Positions 50,298 to 62,618 are shown, counted from the stretch's first letter. The stretch is 64,000 nt of DNA from Gemmatimonadota bacterium (GCA_033722155.1 JAWVZN010000001.1:29450-93449); one strand, 5' to 3'. The notes: generated by a model not told the origin, from the sequence alone. Translations and numbers: made by a program.

Positions 50298-51611
50298 TCA
50301 CCCGCGCGCCAGCTCCGCGACGGCGGCCACGGTTTTCTCCACCTCCTCCTCGGTGTTGAGGGCGCCCGGCGCGACGCGGGCGTAGGAGACCGGGTACGGG
50401 GTCGTGCTGGCCGTGATCCCCCGCTCGTCGAGGTGCGCCACGACCTCGGAGGGAGAGCGGCCGTCGACGTCGAAGGTGATGATCCCCGCCGACAGGGCTG
50501 GATCCATCGGCGTGTAGAGGCGCACCCCGGGAACCTCGCCGAGGGCCTCCTTCGCGCTCGTGTTCAGGGCGTGGATCCGCTCCTCGATCCGGGCCTTCCC
50601 GATCTCGAGGTGGAACCGGAACGCCTCGCCGAGCGCCCATCGGTGCTCGAAAGAGTGGAAGCCGCCGGGCGTGTGGACGCTTCCCGGCGTCACGAGCGGG
50701 GTGTCCGGCGGGAGCAGTCCCATCCACACCCCGACGCTCGGCCCGAAGGTGGGGATGATCGGGTGGATCGCGTCCCACGCCTCGGGGCGGGCCCACACGA
50801 TCCCGGTGCCGCGCGGCCCGAAGAGCCACTTGTGGGTTCCCGCGACGAACACGTCGCACCCCAGCGCCTCCGCGGTCACGTCCTCCACGCCGAAGCCGTG
50901 GACCCCGTCCACGCAGAAGAGGACCCGCTCCCCGAGCGCGCGATCGGCGTCGAGCTCCCGCAGCGCCTCCGCCATCTCCGCCAGCGGGAGCTTCACCCCC
51001 GTGGAGGAGTGGACCCACGTCACCGCCACGACCCGCGTCCGGTCGGTGACCGCCTCGCGCAGCCGGGAGACGACCTGATCCACCGAGGTGGCCGCGGGGT
51101 CGTCGTAGAGGGCGACCTCGCGCACCACGGCGCCGGTTCGTTCGGCGCGCAGCCGGAGCGATTCGATCGTCGCCCAGTGGCCGTGCGGCGTCGTCACGAT
51201 CTCCTGGTCGGGCTTCAGGTCCAGGCCGCCGTAGACGAGCCCCAGCCCCATCGTCGTGCTGTCGGTCAGGGCGATGTGGGCCGGATCGGCCTCGAGGTAC
51301 TCGGCGGCGTCCTGCCGGACCTCGGGCTCGGCCGTCCGGAAGTTCTCCTCCCAGTGGGCCGCGGGGTCCGTGTCGAATGCGCGGCGGTGGCGCTCGACCG
51401 CCTCGGCGACCGGGCGCGGGTGGCTGGCGAGCAGGAACGTCGCCATGTGGATCCTGTCCCGGGTCAGCCGGAACTGCGCGCGCACCGACTCCCAGTCGGT
51501 CGGGTCGAAGGCGACCCGGGATCCGGGATCGCGCACCAGGACGGACGGCCCCAGAACGGGAAGGGCCCCCAGGGCCACGCCGGTCCGCTTGAAGAACGTC
51601 CTGCGTCTCAT
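50298..51611 (-). CDS. class-V aminotransferase-fold PLP enzyme with a Tat signal peptide
   Basis: MRRRTFFKRTGVALGALPVLG (twin-arginine motif RRxFFK) ...AGTHKWLFGPRGTGIV (PLP-lysine in the HK motif) ...; isopenicillin-N-epimerase / cysteine-desulfurase-like fold. Confidence 0.8.
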   Translation of the reverse strand: MRRRTFFKRTGVALGALPVLGPSVLVRDPGSRVAFDPTDWESVRAQFRLTRDRIHMATFLLASHPRPVAEAVERHRRAFDTDPAAHWEENFRTAEPEVRQDAAEYLEADPAHIALTDSTTMGLGLVYGGLDLKPDQEIVTTPHGHWATIESLRLRAERTGAVVREVALYDDPAATSVDQVVSRLREAVTDRTRVVAVTWVHSSTGVKLPLAEMAEALRELDADRALGERVLFCVDGVHGFGVEDVTAEALGCDVFVAGTHKWLFGPRGTGIVWARPEAWDAIHPIIPTFGPSVGVWMGLLPPDTPLVTPGSVHTPGGFHSFEHRWALGEAFRFHLEIGKARIEERIHALNTSAKEALGEVPGVRLYTPMDPALSAGIITFDVDGRSPSEVVAHLDERGITASTTPYPVSYARVAPGALNTEEEVEKTVAAVAELARG

Positions 51612-51657
51612 ATCCCCTCCTCGCTCAGCGGATTCGGCGCCGTCCGCGATCGCGTCC

Positions 51658-53378
<1,721 letters not shown>

Positions 53379-53382
<4 letters not shown>

Positions 53383-54368
53383 CCTCGCTCCTCCGTCATC
53401 GTCGCTGTCGTGATCTCGTCAGCCAGCGAGTAGGGGGTCGCCTCCCCCCGCTCGATCCGCTCCAGACCCTCCGCCAGCCGCTCCTCGCCGCCGCGCTCCT
53501 CCCATACGAGACGATCCATCCTGCGGGAGACCAGGTCGCGCACGCGGTCCTCGGCTCGGGCTCGCCGCTTCCCGGCGAGCGCGCCCGTCTCCGCCCCGTG
53601 GGCCCGGTGCGCCTCGATCGCCTCGTCGAGCGCCTCCACGCCCTCCTCCTCCTCCACGGCGACGGTGCGGACGATCGGCGGACTCCACCCCTCGTCCCCG
53701 CGGGAGCCGAGCCTCAGCGTCGCCCGCACCGCCTGCTCGAGCCGGTCGGCGCCGGGACGGTCCGCCTTGTTCACCACGAACACGTCGGCGATCTCCATCA
53801 GGCCCGCCTTCATCGTCTGGATCGCGTCGCCCGACTCGGGCACCAGCACGACCACGGCGGTGTCGGCGGCGGAGACGATGTCGCGCTCGGTCTGCCCCAC
53901 CCCGACCGTCTCGTGGATCACCAGGTCGAACCCGAATGCCTCGATCAGGTCCGCGGCCTCGAGCGACGTGGTGGCCAGCCCCCCGAGCCTGCCCCGCGAG
54001 GCCATCGATCGGATGAAGGCGCCCTCGTCCAACGTGAGATCCTGCATCCGGATCCGGTCGCCCAGCAGGGCTCCCCCGGTAAACGGGCTGGAGGGATCCA
54101 CCGCGAGGATCCCCAGCGTGTCCCCCCGGGAGCGCCGCAGAAGCGCGTACTTCTCCGCCAGCGTGCTCTTGCCCGCCCCGGGCGGTCCGGTGAACCCCAC
54201 CCGGTAGGCCGAGCCGAGCTCGGGGTGCACCTCGTGGAGCAGCCGCTCGAAGCCGGGTCGGTGGTTCTCCACCCAGGAGAGCGCCCGAGAGAGCGCCCGG
54301 CGATCGCCGTCGGCGAACCGTTCGAGCAACTCCTCCAGCGCGCTGTCCTGGACGGCGGTGGTCGTCAC
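53379..54368 (-). CDS. meaB: methylmalonyl-CoA-mutase-associated GTPase MeaB (ArgK family)
   Basis: [17 protein letters not shown] (Walker A) ...[11 protein letters not shown]...[14 protein letters not shown] start at 54368, overlapping the mutase gene by 4 nt. Confidence 0.9.
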
Positions 54369-55601
54369 TCAGGGGTGATAGGTGAGGCCGACCGAATAGA
54401 TGTTCTTCGAGTAGAAATCGTTCAGGGTGATCGACTCGTTGCGGTAGCGTGCGTACCGCATCTCCACCGAGTAATCCGGGCTCACGTCCTTCACCAGCCG
54501 GAACATCAGCACGTTGTTCTCCGTCTCGCCGATGTCCAGCGAGCCGCCGGTGAAGCTCGGCACGGGCTCGGTGAACGACCGCAGCTCGACCCGACCGTAG
54601 GCCTGGGCGAACATCCCCCACGGCAGATCCCGCAGCAGCTGCAACCCGACATTGTGGCTGAAGTAGGTGAAGCCGAACGAGTTGGAGTCGTTGAACCGGA
54701 ACCGGTAGTCGGCCACCACCCCGAGCTCCCCGAACCACTCCAGTTCGGTCCCGAGCTCGTGTACGTGGTCCTCCTGACGCTCCCGCCCCACCCCGCGGAT
54801 GATGTTGGTCGGGTCGGTGTCCTGGGGGGTGTACACCCCGCGGCCGGGAAACCGGATCCGGTCCCAGGAATAGCTCCAGCGGGCCTCGAGCTCCTCGTCG
54901 AACCGCTTGGAGAGCGAGACGTGCCCGCCGTAGAGCCAGTTGCCGAAGTGGGGATCGAGGTTGTCGAAGGAGATGTCGGCGTAGCGCACGCCCGCCTCGA
55001 GCCGGGCCGGCTGGTCGGGGTCGATCACGTCGAGGTTGAGCACCACCCCCGCCGAGGCCGAGTAGCGCCGGAAGGCGTCCTCGTTGATGAAGAAGAAGTC
55101 GTCCTGGGTCCAGGTGCGGTCCTTGATGCCGAGGCGGGCGGTGACGGCCAGGTCATCGCTCACCCGCCGGAGGTAGGAGACATTGCCCTCGTTGACGAAC
55201 TGGCTGGAGAGGTCGAGGTCTCCCGCGACCTCCTGCTCCGCCGCGGCCTGCGTGGTGGGGCCGCCGAGGCCGCCGTCCACCCCGAAGTGTCGCTTGAACC
55301 CGCCGTTGTACGAGAAGGTGAGGCGCTGGTCCCCCCCCGCCCAGTGGAACTCCCCGCGATAGGAGATCCGGGCCACCTGGGCCCGCGTGGGATCCTGCAG
55401 CTTCTCCTGGACGTTGTCGTCGAATTCGTAGGAAAGGTGGACGTCCTGGTCGTAGCGCCAGTTTCGCTCGTACTGGGCCTGCGCGGAGGCGGGGCTCGTC
55501 AGCAGCGACGCGCTCGCCACGAGGGCCAGCGCCGCGCCCAGTCGGCGCCCACGCTTCCGCACGGCTCGGGGGGGTGTGGTCAAGGGAATCCTCCTTGGCA
55601 T
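54369..55601 (-). CDS. outer-membrane beta-barrel protein, hypothetical
   Basis: Signal peptide MPRRIPLTTPPRAVRKRGRRLGAALALVASASLLTSPASAQA; alternating amphipathic beta-strands; a C-terminal YSVGLTYHP, which is a typical OMP terminal aromatic. Confidence 0.65.
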   Translation of the reverse strand: MPRRIPLTTPPRAVRKRGRRLGAALALVASASLLTSPASAQAQYERNWRYDQDVHLSYEFDDNVQEKLQDPTRAQVARISYRGEFHWAGGDQRLTFSYNGGFKRHFGVDGGLGGPTTQAAAEQEVAGDLDLSSQFVNEGNVSYLRRVSDDLAVTARLGIKDRTWTQDDFFFINEDAFRRYSASAGVVLNLDVIDPDQPARLEAGVRYADISFDNLDPHFGNWLYGGHVSLSKRFDEELEARWSYSWDRIRFPGRGVYTPQDTDPTNIIRGVGRERQEDHVHELGTELEWFGELGVVADYRFRFNDSNSFGFTYFSHNVGLQLLRDLPWGMFAQAYGRVELRSFTEPVPSFTGGSLDIGETENNVLMFRLVKDVSPDYSVEMRYARYRNESITLNDFYSKNIYSVGLTYHP

Positions 55602-55605
55602 CCGT

Positions 55606-56529
55606 TCAACGATAAAAGCGTTCGAGCAGTTCTGCGAACAGGGCGGCCTTGCGCACGAACTCGTCGCGCCGCTCCTCGAGCTCCAGATAGCGCCCCCGCA
55701 ACCGGCGAATCTCCTCGCGAGGGTCCTCGAACGGGTTCGCGCCGGCGCGCCGGTCGCGTGCGCCGGGGCGTTGCTGCTCGAGGATCGCCTCGATCTCGGA
55801 TCCGCTCTGCGCCGAGCGGTCGTCCCCCCACAGCTCCAGGTCGCGCTGGAGGCGCTCCGCCTCGCGGCGCATCCGCTCGGTGCGGTTGAGGTTCTGGATT
55901 CGCTCCTCGATCTCGCCCAACCGCTCGTCGATCCGGTCGATCGCGTCCCGGGAGGCGGCGATCTTGTTCTGCAGCTCGCGGGCCGTATCGGTGGGGTCGT
56001 ACACGATGGCGGGCAGGTAGAGCGCGTCCTGCTCCTCCTCGAGCTCCGCGGCCAGGCGGCCGCGCGCACGGAGGAGCTCGGGCATCCGCTCGGTGAGGCG
56101 GCGCAGCTCGGGGCTCTCCCGGGGGGTCAGGCCCCGGGCCTTCAAGGCGTCGATCCGGGTCTGGGTCTCTGCGATCTCCAGGTTGTATCGCTGAAAGAGC
56201 TCGGTCTTGAGGCTGCGGACCTGCTCGCGGAGGGTCCGCAGCTCCCGCTGCACCGGCCGGATCTGCTCGGCGTTCTCGAGGATCCGGTTCGAGACCGTCT
56301 CGAAGCGGGCGCTGCCCGGATCGGCGCTCCGCTTCGCCTCGATCAGGCTGTCGCGACGGGCCTCCAACCGGTCCAGCCGGTCCTCCAGGACCGCGATCCG
56401 CTCCTCCCGCTGCTCGGCGAGGCGCTCCAGCTCGGAGATCGGCGGCCCCTGCGCACGCAGCGGGGTGGCCATCGTCCCCACTGCGAGCATGAGCGCCAGC
56501 GGCAGCAGCGGTCTCCGCATTCCGATCAT
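55606..56529 (-). CDS. secreted coiled-coil protein, hypothetical
   Basis: Signal peptide MIGMRRPLLPLALMLAVGTMATPLRAQG followed by about 270 aa of heptad/charged repeats (ELERLAEQREERIAVLEDRLDRLEARRD...). Confidence 0.6.
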   Translation of the reverse strand: MIGMRRPLLPLALMLAVGTMATPLRAQGPPISELERLAEQREERIAVLEDRLDRLEARRDSLIEAKRSADPGSARFETVSNRILENAEQIRPVQRELRTLREQVRSLKTELFQRYNLEIAETQTRIDALKARGLTPRESPELRRLTERMPELLRARGRLAAELEEEQDALYLPAIVYDPTDTARELQNKIAASRDAIDRIDERLGEIEERIQNLNRTERMRREAERLQRDLELWGDDRSAQSGSEIEAILEQQRPGARDRRAGANPFEDPREEIRRLRGRYLELEERRDEFVRKAALFAELLERFYR

Positions 56530-56533
56530 CGCC

Positions 56534-57928
56534 CTATCCGTTCAGCCCGTACTTCTCCAGCTTGTAGTACAGCGCGCTCGTCTTGATCCCGAGCAGCTCC
56601 GCCGTCCGGGTCTTCACCCCGTCCGCACGATCGAGGGCGTTCTCGATCATCGTGCGCTCCAGCTTCTCCATGGCGTCGTCCAGCGTCATGGTTCCGATCG
56701 GGGGGACCGCGAGCGTCTCGGTTCCGCCGGCCCGGGGGGCGGCGTGGTGGTCCAGCGGGAACTCCTCGGGGCCCAGAACCGACCCCTCGCACAGCACGAT
56801 CGCCCTCTCGATCATGTTCTCCAGCTCCCGGATGTTCCCCGGCCAATCGTAGCGGTGGAGCATCTCCAGCGCCTCCTCGTCGATCCCCTCGATCGGCTTG
56901 CCGATCTCGCCGGCCACCCCCTGGATGAAGTGGCTGACGAGGGGCTCGATGTCCTCCTTCCGATCCCGCAGCGGCGGGATCTCGATCGGGATGATGTGGA
57001 GGCGGTAGAAGAGATCCTCGCGGAACGACCCCTCCTCCACGAGCGGGGCGAGGTCGCGGTTGGTGGCGCTGATGATCCGGACATCGACCTCGATCGTCTC
57101 CTCGCCCCCCACCCGCTCGATCTCCTTCTCCTGGAGGACCCGGAGCAGCTTCACCTGCGTGGAGGGGGGGATGTCCGAGATCTCGTCCAGGAACAGGGTT
57201 CCCTTGTGGGCCAGTTCGAAGCGTCCCTTCCGCTCCCGGACCGCGCCGGTGAATGCGCCCTTCTCGTGTCCGAACAGCTCGCTCTCGAGGATCCCCTCCG
57301 CGAGGGCCGAGCAGTTCACCTTGATGAACGGGCCGTCCCGCCGCGCGCTCTCCCGATGGATCGCCCGCGCCACCAGCTCCTTCCCGGTGCCGCTCTCCCC
57401 GTAGATGTAGACCGAGGTGTCGGCGGAGGCGACCTTGCGGATCGACGCGAAGATCTCCTGCATGGCGTCCGAGGCCCCGACGATCTCGCCGAAGTGGTGC
57501 TCCACCTCCTCTCGGAGGTACTCGGTTTCGGCCCGGAGCGCGTCACGCTCGCGCCGGATCTCCCGGGCCCGGAGCGCGTTCTGCACCTTGATCCTGAACT
57601 CGTCGGTGTCGAACGGCTTCGTGATGAAGTCCACCGCCCCGTTCTTCATCGCCTCCACCGCGATGTCGATCGTCCCGTAGGCGGTGATCAGCATCACGTC
57701 GGGGTCCCCGGGGAACGACTGCTTCCGCAGCGCCTCGAGCACCTCGATCCCGTTCATCCCTTCCATCTTGTAGTCCGTGATCACGAGGTCGGTCGCCTCC
57801 TCCCGGCACACCGACAGGGCGTGGTCTCCGTCGGGCGCGACCGCCACCCCGTGGCCCGCCCGGTCCAGCATCTGCTGGAGCCCCTCGCGCATCGTCGGGT
57901 TGTCCTCCACGATCAGGATCCGCGCCAT
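56534..57928 (-). CDS. sigma-54-dependent response regulator (NtrC family)
   Basis: REC domain MARILIVEDNPTMREGL...DLVITDYKMEGMNG; AAA+ YIYGESGTGKELVARAIH...GAFTGA (GAFTGA sigma-54 contact motif) ...; C-terminal HTH ELLGIKTSALYYKLEKYGL. Confidence 0.9.
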   Translation of the reverse strand: MARILIVEDNPTMREGLQQMLDRAGHGVAVAPDGDHALSVCREEATDLVITDYKMEGMNGIEVLEALRKQSFPGDPDVMLITAYGTIDIAVEAMKNGAVDFITKPFDTDEFRIKVQNALRAREIRRERDALRAETEYLREEVEHHFGEIVGASDAMQEIFASIRKVASADTSVYIYGESGTGKELVARAIHRESARRDGPFIKVNCSALAEGILESELFGHEKGAFTGAVRERKGRFELAHKGTLFLDEISDIPPSTQVKLLRVLQEKEIERVGGEETIEVDVRIISATNRDLAPLVEEGSFREDLFYRLHIIPIEIPPLRDRKEDIEPLVSHFIQGVAGEIGKPIEGIDEEALEMLHRYDWPGNIRELENMIERAIVLCEGSVLGPEEFPLDHHAAPRAGGTETLAVPPIGTMTLDDAMEKLERTMIENALDRADGVKTRTAELLGIKTSALYYKLEKYGLNG

Positions 57929-57938
57929 GGCCGCCTCC

Positions 57939-59453
57939 CTACCCTCTCGTGGCCGCGACGGTGGAGCCGGAGGCCCGGAACGGAGCGCTCTCCGCCTCGA
58001 CCGACGGAAGGACCACGAAGAAGACGGTCTTCTCGCCGGGGACGCTTTCCACCCAGATCTCCCCGTCGTTCTCCTCGATGATCGAGCGGACGATCGAGAG
58101 ACCGAGGCCCGCCCCGGCCCCCTTGGTGGTGAAGAAGGGGTCGAAGATCTGCTTGAGATGGTCCCCCTGGATCCCCGGCCCGTAGTCCTTGATCAGGATC
58201 CGCACCTTGTCGTGCACCTCCTGCGCCTTCACCCTCACGACCTCCTCGGGGGGAGACGCCTGGATCGCGTTCTTCACCAGGTTCATCAGCGCCCGCTTGA
58301 TCTGCTCGACGTCGGCGTGGACCCGAAGCTCGTAGTCGGGCATCTCCACCTCCACCTCGATCTCCTTCTCCTCGGCGTCGGCGGAGAGGAGGAAGATCAC
58401 GTCGTCGAGCACCTCGCGGAGCGCGAACGGCTCCATCACCGGCTGGCGGGGGCGGGCGTAGACGAGAAACTCGTTGATGATCGTCTTCAGGTGCTGCACC
58501 TCGCGGATGATCTTCTTCAGATGGCTCCGGCGGCTGTCGTCCTCGTCGAGCTCGTCGCGGAGCAGCCCAGCGAAGATCTCGATTCCGCCCAGCGGGTTGC
58601 GGATCTCGTGGGCGACGCCCGCGAGCATGGTCCGCAGGTGGCGATCGCGCCTGATGATCCCCTTCCGCATGTTCTCCAGGGCGGTGCCCAGGTATCCGAT
58701 CTCGTCGCTCGAGTCCACCGCCACGGGCTCGCTCATCTCCCCCCGCTCCATCCGCTCCGCCGAGCTCACCAGCTCGCCGATCGGTCGCGAGAGCGAGCGC
58801 GCGAAGAAGAAGCCGACCACCACGGTCAGCAGCATCCCCACCCCGATCAGCACCATCGTCATCTGGCGGAAGTCGGCGAACACCTCGAGGAAGCCGACCG
58901 ACAGGTCGGTCGCCAGGGCGGCGACGATCTCCCGCTCGCACGCGAGCCCGTCCATCACCCCCCCCGTCCGGCACCCGACCAGGGGGACGATCGCGGTCTG
59001 GTAGACGGTTCCGTCCTCGTCCTGGAACGGCACGGTGACCACCGGATCGCCCCGCCGGAACACCCGGTCGATCTCGTCGGCGTAGTTGCCGAGCGCGGGG
59101 GCCTCCGCGCCGATCTCCATGCCCGTGGTGTCCGTGGTCGCCAGGATCCGCCGCTGCGCGTCGAAGATGTAGGCGTCCTGCACGTCGAGCCGCTCCTGGA
59201 TCGTCCGGAGCTGGGTCTGGGCGACCTCGCGGATCCGCGGGCCCAGATCGTTGACGAGGCTGGAGACGGTCACCTCGTCGAACACCAGCCCCCCCGCCTC
59301 CGCGGAGGCGAGCAGGCGGTTCTCCATCTCGCGGCGGACGTGGTCGGTCGCCACCCGGTACCATACCACCGCGCTGGCCACCACGATCCCGGTGACCAGG
59401 AGGATGAAGGTGACGATCAGCTTGGTGCGGATGCGGTTGCGTCGAGAGGCCAT
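57939..59453 (-). CDS. sensor histidine kinase (two TM helices, periplasmic domain, HAMP, HisKA, HATPase)
   Basis: LIVTFILLVTGIVVASAVVWY (TM1) ...MTMVLIGVGMLLTVVVGFFFARSL (TM2) ...LAGVAHEIRNPL (H-box) ...NLVKNAIQAS (N-box) ...KDYGPGIQGD...GAGLGLSIV (G-boxes). Confidence 0.9.
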   Translation of the reverse strand: MASRRNRIRTKLIVTFILLVTGIVVASAVVWYRVATDHVRREMENRLLASAEAGGLVFDEVTVSSLVNDLGPRIREVAQTQLRTIQERLDVQDAYIFDAQRRILATTDTTGMEIGAEAPALGNYADEIDRVFRRGDPVVTVPFQDEDGTVYQTAIVPLVGCRTGGVMDGLACEREIVAALATDLSVGFLEVFADFRQMTMVLIGVGMLLTVVVGFFFARSLSRPIGELVSSAERMERGEMSEPVAVDSSDEIGYLGTALENMRKGIIRRDRHLRTMLAGVAHEIRNPLGGIEIFAGLLRDELDEDDSRRSHLKKIIREVQHLKTIINEFLVYARPRQPVMEPFALREVLDDVIFLLSADAEEKEIEVEVEMPDYELRVHADVEQIKRALMNLVKNAIQASPPEEVVRVKAQEVHDKVRILIKDYGPGIQGDHLKQIFDPFFTTKGAGAGLGLSIVRSIIEENDGEIWVESVPGEKTVFFVVLPSVEAESAPFRASGSTVAATRG

Positions 59454-59523
59454 CGGCCGACTGGAAAAGGGGAAAAGCGTCCCGTTAACCTACCCGAAGC
59501 GGGGCGGACGGTCAAAGATTTCG

Positions 59524-60390
59524 TCAGATTTCTGAGGGTCCCGCCCCCTCGCCACGGGCGTGGACCGCCCGGTAGATGGCGTTGCGCTCGGCGGGAAAGA
59601 CCGCCGACAGCACGTCGACCCGGTCGCGTGCGGTGAGCCTCTCGGCCGCGGAGCTCTCCTCCAGCCGCTCCAGGGCCCGCCGCCACCGGACCCGCTCGCC
59701 GCCCGGGGCCTCGGGCGCCCCCTCCACGACCAGCGTGCACTCCCCCCGGAACGGTTGCTCCCGGGCGGCCCAATCCTCCGCCAGGCGGCCGGCGGCCCCG
59801 GAGACGAACTCTTCGTGGACCTTGGTGAGCTCGCGCGCGAGGACCAGGTTCCGGTCGGGGTCGCGCTCCGCGATCGCGGCCGCGGTCGCCGCGAGCCGCC
59901 GCGGGCTCTCGTACACCACCAGGGTCTCCTCCCGCTCGAGCTCGTGTCCCCACCACCGCTCGCGCCCCTTGCGCGGAGCCCAGCCGAGGAAGGCGAAGCG
60001 GTCGGTGGGGAGCCCGCTCGCCGCCAGCGCGAGCACCGACGCGGTGGGGCCGGGCACCGGGACGATGTCCACGCCCCGCCCGCGTGCGGCCACCACCAGC
60101 CGGTAGCCGGGATCCTGGATCGCAGGCATGCCGGCGTCGGACACCACCGCCACGTCCTCGCCTCCCTCCAGCCGGGAGAGCGCGTCGGAGACGGCCCGAT
60201 CGACGTTGTGCTCGTGGTAGGAGATCAGCTCCGGGAGCGGCCGCTCGAGCCAACCGAACAGGTGGCGCGCGGTCCGGGTGTCCTCGCACGCGACGACGCC
60301 GACCGCGGTCAGCACCTCCCTCGCCCTCGGCGCCAGGTCGCCCCGGTTGCCGATCGGGGTCCCGACCAGGTACAGGGCGCCCGGCGTCAC
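59524..60390 (-). CDS. rsmI: 16S rRNA (cytidine1402-2'-O)-methyltransferase
   Basis: LYLVGTPIGNRGDLAPRAREVLTAVGVVACEDTRTARHLF...VSDAGMPAIQDPGYRLV. GTG start at 60390, overlapping the murA stop. Confidence 0.85.
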   Translation of the reverse strand: MTPGALYLVGTPIGNRGDLAPRAREVLTAVGVVACEDTRTARHLFGWLERPLPELISYHEHNVDRAVSDALSRLEGGEDVAVVSDAGMPAIQDPGYRLVVAARGRGVDIVPVPGPTASVLALAASGLPTDRFAFLGWAPRKGRERWWGHELEREETLVVYESPRRLAATAAAIAERDPDRNLVLARELTKVHEEFVSGAAGRLAEDWAAREQPFRGECTLVVEGAPEAPGGERVRWRRALERLEESSAAERLTARDRVDVLSAVFPAERNAIYRAVHARGEGAGPSEI

Positions 60391-61666
60391 GGGCCGACGC
60401 GCTCGATCCGGGCCCCCAGCGCCCGCAGCCGCTCGTCGATCGCCTCGTAGCCCCGGTCGATCTGGTCCACGTTCTGGATCACCGACTCTCCCCGGGCCGC
60501 CAGCGCCGCGATCAGCAGGGCCATCCCCGCCCGGATGTCCGGGCTCGAGATCCGGGCGCCCGTGAGCGGGGTGGGACCGTTGACGATGGCCCGGTGCGGG
60601 TCGCACAGGATGATCCGTGCGCCCATCCGCTTGAGCCGGTCGACGAAGAAGAGGCGGCTCTCGAACATCTTCTCGTGGATCAGGATCGTGCCGTGGGCCT
60701 GGGTGGCCACCACGACCATGATCGAGACGAGGTCGGCCGGGAAGCCGGGCCAGGGAGCGTCGTCGAGGGTCGGTACCGCGCCCCCCTCGTCGTCGACGAT
60801 CGCCAGGGTCTGCTCGCCGGGAACCACCAGGTCGTCCCCCTCGAACTCGCACTCCACCCCCAGCCGCGCGAAGCCGAGCCGCACCATCGCGAGGTTCTCC
60901 ACCCCGGCGTCCTCGATCCTCAGCTCGCCGCCCGTCGCCGCCGCGAGGCCGACGTAGGAGCCCACTTCCACGTGGTCGGGCGAGAGGCGGTGGGTCGTGC
61001 CCGAGAGGGTCCCGCCCCCCTCGATCTCGAGGCGGTTCGTCCCGACCCCCCGGATCTCCGCACCCATCGCGCTCAGCATCCGGCACAACCCCTGGACGTG
61101 GGGCTCGCTGGCGGCGTTGGAGATCGTCGTGGTCCCTTCGGCGCCGACCGCGGCCATCACGGCGTTCTCGGTCCCCATCACGCTCGCCTCGTCCAGGAAC
61201 ACCTCCGTCCCCCGCAGGGGGAGGGAGGCCTCCATGAGGTAGCGCTCCTTCCCGGTGCGGATCGTGGCGCCGAGCGTGCGGAAGGCGAGGAGGTGGGTGT
61301 CGAGGCGGCGGCGCCCGATCGGGTCTCCGCCGGGCGAGGGAAGGCGCACCTCTCCCCGCCGGATGAGCAGAGGGCCGGCCAGCAGGAACGATCCCCGGAT
61401 CCGCTGCGCCAGGTCGAGGGCGGGGCTGCCCTCCCCCAGGCGCCCGATCCGGTAGGCGTGGTCGCCCACCCGATCGATCTCGGCCCCCAGCGCCTCGAGC
61501 AGCGCGGCCATCGTCCTCACGTCGGCGATGTCGGGGACGTTCTCGAGGGTGACGGGCTCGTCGGTGAGCAGGGCGGCGGCGAAGCACGGCAGCGCCTCGT
61601 TCTTGTTGCCCGCCGGCGTCATCGTGCCGGCGATCGGCCGTCCCCCCTGCACCACGAATCGCTCCA
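60387..61666 (-). CDS. murA: UDP-N-acetylglucosamine 1-carboxyvinyltransferase
   Basis: MERFVVQGGRPIAGTMTPAGNKNEALPCFAAALL...RGSFLLAGPLL...DPHRAIVNG. The ORF-track upstream extension is an artefact. Confidence 0.9.
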
Positions 61667-61677
61667 TCGAGCCTCCC

Positions 61678-62618
61678 CTAGGCGTCCGTGTCCGTGTGCG
61701 TCCCGGTGGCGAGCGCGAGAAGCCCGCGCTCGGTCCCGGAGAGATCGCGATAGGTGGCCAGGAACTCGAGCCCGTCCGAACTCTCCACCAGCTCCCGGAT
61801 CCGGTCCGCCTGGCCCGCCCCCACCTCGAGCGCGAGCAGGCCGTCGGGCCGGAGGTGCGCCGGCGCCTCGGCCACGATCCGCGCCAGCATCTCCTCGCCC
61901 TGCGGCCCCGCGAAGAGCGCCTCTCCGGGCTCCCACTCCGCGACCTCGGGGGGAAGCGACGCACGTTCGCCCTCCGCCACGTAGGGGGGGTTGGAGACGA
62001 TCGCGTCGACGCGGACACCGGGTCGGAGGGCGCGGAGGCCGTCGGCCGCCACCCATCGGGTCCGGCCCGCGCCGGTGCGGCCGGCGTTCTCCCGCGCGAG
62101 GGCCACCGCCTCGACGGAGCGGTCGACGCCCAGCACCCATCGGACCCCCTCCAGCTCCGTCGCCAGCGCGCACGCGATCGCCCCCGAGCCGGTCCCCAGG
62201 TCCACCATCCTCCATCCCGGCTCCGGCACGCGGGATCGGGCCGCCTCGGCGCGGGCCCACTCGAGCACCTCGCCGACCAGAATCTCCGTCTCCGGCCGGG
62301 GAACCAGCACCCGCGTGTCGACCGCGAGGTCCAGCTCTCGGAAGCCGGCCGTTCCCGTGATGTACTGGACCGGCTCTCCGGCCAGCCGCCGCTTCACCCG
62401 CGTCCGGTACGCCTCGATCTCGTCGCGGACGAGCGGCCGGTCCCAGGCAAGGTAGAGATCGAGCCGATCGCAGTCGAGCACGTCGGCGAGCAGCCGCTCG
62501 GCGGAGAGACGGGGCTCGCCCACCCCGCGGGCCTCGAAGTGCCCGGTGGTGGCCCGCAGGATGGCGAGCACGCTCCAGCGGTCGCCTTTCGAGCCGGCCT
62601 CGCCGGCCGAGTCGCTCA
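61678..62618 (-). CDS. prmC: peptide chain release factor N5-glutamine methyltransferase
   Basis: EPVQYITGTAGFRELDLAVDTRVLVPRPETE...VDLGTGSGAIACALA...IVSNPPYV (NPPY). The ATG at 62618 overlaps the prfA stop. Confidence 0.85.
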
